A DNA stretch of 64,000 nt from Bacteriovoracia bacterium (GTDB taxonomy: Bacteria > Bdellovibrionota > UBA1018 > CAIPTA01), in contig JBFWVL010000001.1 in assembly GCA_050246755.1 (NCBI GenBank), forward strand, positions 128,001 to 192,000, read 5' to 3'. How positions within the stretch are numbered: position 1 is the first letter of the stretch; each line of letters begins with the position of its first letter. The position numbers were made by a program, and so were the translations under genes. Below, piece after piece: positions 57,849-64,000 of the stretch. The notes under the pieces are model-generated. The model did not search any database and had not been told where the DNA came from. It worked only from the letters and a program-made list of their open reading frames with translations.

Positions 57849-59279
57849 TTGTGGGCAACTACCATTCAAGAAGGTAAGCCTCCTTTCCGAAACGCCAGTA
57901 TGCGACAGCTGAGATCCTTCATCACGAATACCGCCCTACGTACTTGGTCTACCGGCGTAATGCGTTACATTCACTATCTTGGACTAGCTTTTGCCGTGTT
58001 TATGCTGGTGAGCGCGCGCCGTTCTTCGCAGGAAACAGACCAGACGCTGAGCCACTCCGCCTACAAGCAGCAAAACTTACGCAGCATCCTCTGGGTAAAT
58101 TTACTTATTCAGCGCTCTACGAGCTTGGCGCTTACCGCTAACCAGGTAAAGGATCCCTCCTACCTCGACCGGGCAAAGACCATCGCCGACTCGCTCGAGC
58201 GTCCGATCTCCAATATCGGCGCCAACGCCAAGTTCGAGCCCCTCACCGACATGCGGGCAGTGGTTCAGCAGAATGGAATCGAGTTTAGGGAATCCCTCGC
58301 GAAATACCTCGCGCGCCAGGCGGACTCCTCCCAACTCTCCGCCGACGTGGACCGTATCGGCGCCCAGCTCAACCAGCTCGAAAGCGAGGAGTGGTATAAG
58401 CTGAATGAACAAAATACCCTCCTGCTCAGCAATATTCACCACGATCACGTGAAGCTCATGATCATGCTCGGGATCTTCGTGGCCTACCTTGCCCTCCTAG
58501 GCTGGATCCTTAAGCAAAAAGAAAAAGCCGAGTCCGCCCTCCACGATGCGGAAGCCAAGATGCTGAATTCGGCTAAAATCTCCGCCCTCGGGGAAATGGC
58601 CGGCGGCGTGGCACACGAAATCAACAACCCCCTCGCCACCATCAGCCTCCTCAATGAGCAGGTAATCGAGGTGCTCCAGGAGAAAGCAGCCGATAATTCT
58701 TTGGCCCTCGAGATGCTGCAAAAAGTGACCAAAACTGTGGCGCGGATCAGCGCCATCGTGCAGGGCCTACGCACTTTCTCCCGCGACGGCAGCCAGGATC
58801 CTTTCGTGGCCACCCGGGTGATCGAGATCGTGGAGTCCACGCTATCTCTCTGCCAAGAAAAATTTAAGAACAACGGCATTCAAGTGACCGTAACCATCGA
58901 GCCCGAAAACCTATCCATCAAATGCCGCCGGGTGCAGCTCTCGCAAGTGCTGCTGAACCTCTTCAATAACTCCTGCGACGCGATCAGTAACCTGCCGGAA
59001 AAATGGATTAAGATTTCCGCCACCGCGCACGCAGGAACATTGCAGCTCGCGGTAACAGATAGCGGCGCCGGGATTCCCGAGGCGGTTAGCCAAAAGATCT
59101 TCAATCCCTTCTTCACCACCAAAGAGATCGGCAAGGGCACCGGCTTGGGGCTAAGCATTTCCAAGGGAATCGTGGATGCCCACCAAGGTAAGATCTTCGT
59201 GGACCGCACCTGCCCTAATACCCGGCTCGTGCTCGAGCTGCCGCTGCTAGACCCCCAGGGCGAAAAAAGCGTAGCCTAA
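57849..59279 (+). CDS. Membrane sensor histidine kinase (NtrB-like)
   Basis: Two TMs around a periplasmic helical domain; AHEINNPL, QVLLNL, DSGAGI, PFFTTK and GTGLGL; start uncertain. Confidence 0.92.
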   Translation: MWATTIQEGKPPFRNASMRQLRSFITNTALRTWSTGVMRYIHYLGLAFAVFMLVSARRSSQETDQTLSHSAYKQQNLRSILWVNLLIQRSTSLALTANQVKDPSYLDRAKTIADSLERPISNIGANAKFEPLTDMRAVVQQNGIEFRESLAKYLARQADSSQLSADVDRIGAQLNQLESEEWYKLNEQNTLLLSNIHHDHVKLMIMLGIFVAYLALLGWILKQKEKAESALHDAEAKMLNSAKISALGEMAGGVAHEINNPLATISLLNEQVIEVLQEKAADNSLALEMLQKVTKTVARISAIVQGLRTFSRDGSQDPFVATRVIEIVESTLSLCQEKFKNNGIQVTVTIEPENLSIKCRRVQLSQVLLNLFNNSCDAISNLPEKWIKISATAHAGTLQLAVTDSGAGIPEAVSQKIFNPFFTTKEIGKGTGLGLSISKGIVDAHQGKIFVDRTCPNTRLVLELPLLDPQGEKSVA

Positions 59280-59320
59280 GGCTAGGCAGCTCTTCATTCG
59301 CTGGGAAATATGGGCGAAAA

Positions 59321-60445
59321 ATGCGAAAATCGCTAGAACCTCCCCCTGAAAACGAGACCGGATCGGGGCCTAAATTGCTTTCGAAATATAAAATTCTCGG
59401 GTTCGTGATCGCCTCGTTGCTTTCCGCAAATGCGGGGGCCCTCGAGATCTCCAAGAACAAAGCCGGGCACATTATCCTCAGCGGTATTTCCTGCGAAGAC
59501 ATTCCCGCGCAGAGTAAAGCGCTGAGGCAATGGACCGAAAGCACGGATGCCACCTGCCGTTTCGGGCGCGTGCGTAAGAAGGGAGCGCTCTGCGAAATGG
59601 ATTTGCAGAACTGCTTGCCCGCGCACGTAAAAAAATACCAAGGCGCCAATCCCGCGAAGGATGGGCCTAATTGCTGGAATCTCGCCCTCGTTACCAAAAA
59701 TCTTCTGCCCTATCTGCGCATGTCTTCCAATGAAGAGATGAGCTTCTTCATGAATTCCGGCATGTGCCAGCAAATCGGCAATGGAGCAAAGCCCGCCCCC
59801 GGCGATATCGGCGCGATCCGGAAAAAAGATACCAACTGCCAGCCCGGAGAAGCCGCCTGCGAGGTGCACGGTTTCATCTACGTTTCAGAGCAGCTGGCTT
59901 ACTCAAAAAACAGCCAGGACGCCCTCGACTCCTACGCCCTCCAGGACATTAATCACGTATACTCCATGTACGACGCCGGCCCATTCACGTGCAGCGAAGA
60001 AGGCAATTCCAGCGCCTGCCCCGCTCACCAAATCGATTTTTTCCGCTGCCAATCGTTCCCGGATTTTCTCGCCAAGGCTAAAGCAGCCGCGGAATACCGG
60101 AAGGCTTTCGAAGTCCTCGACTTTGCGGAGTGTAAAGTCTCGGGTGCGTCGATGCGCCCCGTGGTCTTCGACCAAAAAGAAAAAACGAATATCGCCGCCG
60201 CCATCGGAGCGGTCACCGGATTTCTGAACCGGGCCGAGGCGGCCACGAAATCCCCGGACGAAATTTTCCTCTATGAAGCGCTGGGCGTTCGTTTGCGCTC
60301 GATGGCCGAACAAGTAAATTTATTTCCCTACGCCCCGGTGAACCCCGGCTTTCCCAGCGGCAAGCGGCAGCTGGACGAGAAATGGTGGAAAGCGGTGGAT
60401 CCCGATCCGGCCCAGCGGTCCACCCAGGAATGGCCCTTTCCCTAA
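59321..60445 (+). CDS. Secreted hypothetical protein with papain/NlpC-P60-like Cys-His motifs
   Basis: GPNCWNLAL...PGDIGAI...HGFIYV...YSKN; signal-like segment ending AGA; start uncertain. Confidence 0.6.
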   Translation: MRKSLEPPPENETGSGPKLLSKYKILGFVIASLLSANAGALEISKNKAGHIILSGISCEDIPAQSKALRQWTESTDATCRFGRVRKKGALCEMDLQNCLPAHVKKYQGANPAKDGPNCWNLALVTKNLLPYLRMSSNEEMSFFMNSGMCQQIGNGAKPAPGDIGAIRKKDTNCQPGEAACEVHGFIYVSEQLAYSKNSQDALDSYALQDINHVYSMYDAGPFTCSEEGNSSACPAHQIDFFRCQSFPDFLAKAKAAAEYRKAFEVLDFAECKVSGASMRPVVFDQKEKTNIAAAIGAVTGFLNRAEAATKSPDEIFLYEALGVRLRSMAEQVNLFPYAPVNPGFPSGKRQLDEKWWKAVDPDPAQRSTQEWPFP

Positions 60446-60483
60446 ATTTAAAGCAAACCGGCCACTTACCCGATAAGCCGTAG

Positions 60484-61410
60484 ATGCCCTATTTCGTAAC
60501 CTTACTCCTATTTTTCGCGGCGCTTTCCGGCCCACCTGCGCACGCAAAAACTTCTTCCGCCGATTGCGTGGATTGCGGCACGAAAAAGAGCAAGGCCGGG
60601 TCGTTTAAAACAAGTTCTATAGAAACGATGATCGACCATCTCAGCGGCATTCCCCCTGCCCTTCCCCAGAAAGTGCAAACCGCCGCGCTCTATGGCGGGC
60701 ATAAGATCGAAGAGATGAAAGCGGGCTACCCCTGGAACGGCATCGGCCGCCTATTTCCCAACGCGAAATCCGGCACGGACTTTTGCACCGCCGTGCGGGT
60801 CAGCGCCTGCCACATCATGAGCGCCGGTCACTGCGCCCGCGACGCGAACGGAAGCTACGAAAAACAGATCACCTACGTTCCGCCCTTCGAAAAGAAGGCG
60901 TACTTCGTGGATAAAGTTCTGGCCGGCGAGGGAAATTTCCTCAAAGACCGTTCGCTGGACTGGGCCGTGATGCGGCTCGAGGATTCGGCGTCGGGGAACC
61001 GCGACGGCTGGATGGGAATTGCCGACACCAAGGGCGGCGAGCTCGTGGGCAAGACCTTCGTGCATTCCGGCTACCATCTGGATCTTTCTCCCAACGCGAA
61101 ATTCGCCTACGTAGACGATCAGGCGAAGGTGATCAAGACCAATAAGGGAATCTTTTCCGGCAACGCCAACCACGTTTTCCTGCGCGCCAACGCCGGCCGC
61201 GGCGGATCGGGCGGGCCGGTATTTCGGCTCGACGATAGCGGCCAGGCCTGGCTCGTTTGCTTGGCGAATGCGGGAGTATCGGTAGAGGGTCAGGGCACCA
61301 CCGCCGTGCTCGGCGCCGACGAAACCGAGCACCTCACCCAGTGCGCGGCCAGCAACGCTTTCTTCGCCAAGGTCCAGCAATTCATGGCAGAAAATCCCTG
61401 TAAGCCCTAA
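60484..61410 (+). CDS. Secreted trypsin-like (V8/glutamyl endopeptidase-like) serine protease
   Basis: PWNGIGRL, CTA, SAGHC, DWAVMRL and GGSGGP motifs. Confidence 0.88.
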   Translation: MPYFVTLLLFFAALSGPPAHAKTSSADCVDCGTKKSKAGSFKTSSIETMIDHLSGIPPALPQKVQTAALYGGHKIEEMKAGYPWNGIGRLFPNAKSGTDFCTAVRVSACHIMSAGHCARDANGSYEKQITYVPPFEKKAYFVDKVLAGEGNFLKDRSLDWAVMRLEDSASGNRDGWMGIADTKGGELVGKTFVHSGYHLDLSPNAKFAYVDDQAKVIKTNKGIFSGNANHVFLRANAGRGGSGGPVFRLDDSGQAWLVCLANAGVSVEGQGTTAVLGADETEHLTQCAASNAFFAKVQQFMAENPCKP

Positions 61411-61562
61411 ACCTGGGGGCAGGCCTGGGCGGCAATAACTAAATTTAGCCACTCCTCCGTTCGCGCATTCCTATTTCTTTTAGAAAATCTGAAAATCGGT
61501 CGATTGATTATATAGTATTTATATATACTTAATAAATCAGGCGATTTAGGGGGGATGGCTAA

Positions 61563-62300
61563 GTGGGCAGCCCGAGAAACTTCATGATAGCCGAGGCGGA
61601 CGCCAAGCACTTGCAGCAGGTGCTCGGCATCTTGCGTGCGGCATTTCCCGATGCGATTCTCTCTCACGCGTCTGATGCTCGCTCCGCGCTTTTTAAAATG
61701 CAGAACGTTCCTCACCAAGTTTTGGTAACCACGGCGGGAGAGCTGGAAAAAAATGGCACCGGCCTCCAGCTCATCGATGCCGTCTCGCAGGATCCCGGCA
61801 TCCAAGTGGGAATCGTGGTACTGGCAACGGCGTCGATTCCCGAAAACTATACCCCGGAAATCCTCAGCGGGCGCCTCCACATCTGCGCCCGCCCGGTGCA
61901 GCAGGCTTCTTTCCTGCGTGCGATGGGCCACGCGCTCCATTATCGCCCCAACCAGTTCAGCGGAAGCTTTCAAATCCATTCGCTGCAGCCCGGAGAAATT
62001 TTGTTCCTCGAAGGCGATAGAGCGGAATTGGCCTTCCTCGTAAAGTCAGGAAAGCTCCGCGCCTCCAGATCCCGAGACGGAAAAGTTAGCGTGCTCGGTG
62101 AGATCTTACCGGGAGAATTCGTGGGGGAAATGGCGTATATCAACGGCGATCCCCGCTCCGCCGATGTGGAAGCCCTCGAAGGCTGCGAACTCATCCAAAT
62201 TCCCCTGAGCGTATTCGATAGCCTGCTCTTCACGAAACCAGCCTGGTCGATGGCGATGATGAAAACCCTCTCTAAGCGCCTAAAAACCGCCAACGATTAA
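61563..62300 (+). CDS. Receiver-like domain + cyclic-nucleotide-binding domain protein
   Basis: LFLEGD, LVKSG and GEFVGEMAYINGDPRSADV; degenerate N-terminal REC; no HTH. Confidence 0.85.
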   Translation: MGSPRNFMIAEADAKHLQQVLGILRAAFPDAILSHASDARSALFKMQNVPHQVLVTTAGELEKNGTGLQLIDAVSQDPGIQVGIVVLATASIPENYTPEILSGRLHICARPVQQASFLRAMGHALHYRPNQFSGSFQIHSLQPGEILFLEGDRAELAFLVKSGKLRASRSRDGKVSVLGEILPGEFVGEMAYINGDPRSADVEALEGCELIQIPLSVFDSLLFTKPAWSMAMMKTLSKRLKTAND

Positions 62301-62401
62301 AGATATTATCAATTAAAATCAGCAACTTATATTACTTAATTTAAATGGTCAGCCATAGAGAAATTGCTTATACTAGAGAGTAGGATATCCGGGGGGATTT
62401 C

Positions 62402-63130
62402 ATGCGCTCTATCGTTTCCATCGCTCTCGCCGCTTCGCTGCTTGCCGCCGCCGCTCAGGCGCAGAGCATTCCTAATAGCCCCGGCTGGAAGCTCGATCGA
62501 ATGGAGAAAGACGCAGAAGAAACCGCGGAAGGCGTGGTTTTTGAATACGCCGACTATTTCGCGCTCTACCCGAACGATACCCGGCCCGCGATCACCATCG
62601 ACGGCGGAACCGCCACGCGGATCCTGAGCGGCCAAGCTACCGCCGAATCCATCTACTATGCTCGCACTAACGGCGCGGCCCTCGAGGCCGGCAAGCAGGC
62701 CGAAAGCACCTCGGGCAGCGGCGCTGTGGGCTGGCAGATCGCCGAATCCACCTACGTGCCCGCGGGGCAGGAGACCAATCCGGCCCGGGCACCCGCTTCG
62801 GCGCAAATAAATTATAATAATTTACAAGAAAGATCCGGTGCCTCGGCGAGCCCCGTGGCGGCTTTTGGTGGCGGAGCCGCTATGCCGGTAGGCGGGGCAA
62901 CCGGCGTGGCCTCCAGCGTCGCGGGCGGAAATGGGGTTACGATCTATAACCCGGGAGGCGGCGGAGCCATGGCGGCAGCTAGGCCAGTATACCCATCTTC
63001 CGCGCCCGACAAGACTGAACCCGCCGGGCCCCTTACCTACTCCCAGATGATCGATAAGGCCATGAGCTCGGCTAGCAGCAGCCTCTGCGGCCGCATGGGC
63101 GCCTATGCCGGCGCCGGGCAATGTAAATAG
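62402..63130 (+). CDS. Secreted low-complexity hypothetical protein
   Basis: Signal peptide ending AQA; Gly/Ala-rich; C-terminal Cys pair. Confidence 0.7.
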   Translation: MRSIVSIALAASLLAAAAQAQSIPNSPGWKLDRMEKDAEETAEGVVFEYADYFALYPNDTRPAITIDGGTATRILSGQATAESIYYARTNGAALEAGKQAESTSGSGAVGWQIAESTYVPAGQETNPARAPASAQINYNNLQERSGASASPVAAFGGGAAMPVGGATGVASSVAGGNGVTIYNPGGGGAMAAARPVYPSSAPDKTEPAGPLTYSQMIDKAMSSASSSLCGRMGAYAGAGQCK

Positions 63131-63146
63131 ACGCCAGCTGGTCTGC

Positions 63147-63668
63147 CTATTTGTCGAACTTGCATTCGTCATTATAGTAATTCATCGACATTTCCTGCAC
63201 CGGAGGACTACCCGCGATATTCAGGGAAAGCACCACGCGCGTGAAGCTAAACTTCATGTCGAAAATCTGGCGGGTATTCCTTTCCGTCACGAGATTGAGC
63301 GCTTCCACGTCGAGCCCGCCGATAGTACGGCGCTCTCCGCCCGCGCAGCTGATCAACCCTTCGCCGAAAGTTTTGCAGCGGCTGCGTGGAAAACGGAACT
63401 CGGTTTCCGTCCCAAGAAGCGGCAGCGTTTTAGCCTTGCGCTCGAGGTACGCCATATCGTTGGGAACGATGATGCCTTCGTGGATCGGCATATAAGCCGT
63501 GCCGTTATGGTGAAGAACCTTTAGCACCATTTCCTCGCCGCGGTCTTCCAGCATAAAGCTGGTAGTGGGCATAGCGGCTTTGCACGCGAAGCCGAATTTT
63601 TCGGCCGGTGCCTCACCCGCAACGGCGTGAACGCTAAGAAGAGAGAGAAGTAAGGAAAAAAGTTTCAT
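63147..63668 (-). CDS. Secreted hypothetical protein
   Basis: GGAGG RBS; signal peptide; 4 Cys. Confidence 0.75.
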   Translation of the reverse strand: MKLFSLLLSLLSVHAVAGEAPAEKFGFACKAAMPTTSFMLEDRGEEMVLKVLHHNGTAYMPIHEGIIVPNDMAYLERKAKTLPLLGTETEFRFPRSRCKTFGEGLISCAGGERRTIGGLDVEALNLVTERNTRQIFDMKFSFTRVVLSLNIAGSPPVQEMSMNYYNDECKFDK

Positions 63669-63839
63669 GGAGCCTCCGTAAAAAAACCACCTGCTACTAG
63701 GCTAAATCTTTCCGCGAAGGCTGGCCAGAGCTCTTCTGACACAGTAGAGGGTAAGGCCCCCAGAAATCCCATGACTTTCGGCCGGAGAGAAATAAAATAG
63801 AGGCCGGGGGGAATTATAGATTCCCCGTTGGGGGAATTC

Positions 63840-64000
63840 ATGCGGCACATTGCTCTTTCGTTATTTTCATTACTCGTTCTATCGCAATGCAGCTGGCAAA
63901 ATAATCTGAGCCGCCTACCCGCTTCCGGTAAGAACATCCTCGATAAGAGCGGCTACCTCTACGACCCCAAAGACAAATCCTGCGACGGGTTTCCCCGCCT
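63840..64000 (+). CDS. Lipoprotein (partial), possibly the N-terminus of a glucose/sorbosone dehydrogenase-like protein
   Basis: MRHIALSLFSLLVLSQCSWQ...KSCDGFPR, open to the window end; the family guess rests on CDGFPR alone. Confidence 0.5.
   Translation, partial: MRHIALSLFSLLVLSQCSWQNNLSRLPASGKNILDKSGYLYDPKDKSCDGFPR

Noticed and set aside
54564-64000. Genomic island integrated at tRNA-Ala
   Set aside because: No integrase, no duplicated tRNA 3' end and no sustained compositional shift are visible in the window.
1-64000. CRISPR array, retron/DGR, prophage or rRNA
   Set aside because: No spaced repeat array, reverse transcriptase, phage structural genes or rRNA-like sequence was seen by eye.

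Overview
A bacterial chromosomal window, mostly GC-rich (by eye about 55-60%). The gene content suggests a Bdellovibrionota/Oligoflexia-like organism (inference from the TIGR02147-like regulator, many signal-peptide hypothetical proteins, a YkuD_2-type L,D-transpeptidase and ftsH-cdaA-cdaR-glmM-acpS). Housekeeping genes include ftsH, cdaA/cdaR, glmM, acpS, iscS-iscA, sdhCAB, cysS, fbaB, oppABC, hpt, tdk, prfB with a +1 frameshift, rfaD and tRNA-Ala(UGC). The main candidate for a new system lies at about 15.9-28.9 kb on the minus strand. Four adjacent secreted proteins each carry one copy of the same roughly 150-aa 'beta-sandwich + long helical hairpin' module (module X). They are a malectin protein, a module-only protein, an IPT/PKD/Sel1-like adhesin and a beta-propeller + HExxH metalloprotease. 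Downstream is an AT-rich array of orphan C-terminal remnants of module X and three paralogous small secreted partner genes (one decayed), an arrangement resembling polymorphic-toxin cassette arrays. Two unannotated non-coding RNA candidates also stand out: a promoter- and terminator-bounded multi-hairpin RNA with C-rich anti-SD-like loops (39.44-39.66 kb, minus strand), and a Fur-box-controlled short transcript between isc and sdh (11.05-11.24 kb). All family assignments come from motif reading by eye; no database searches were run.
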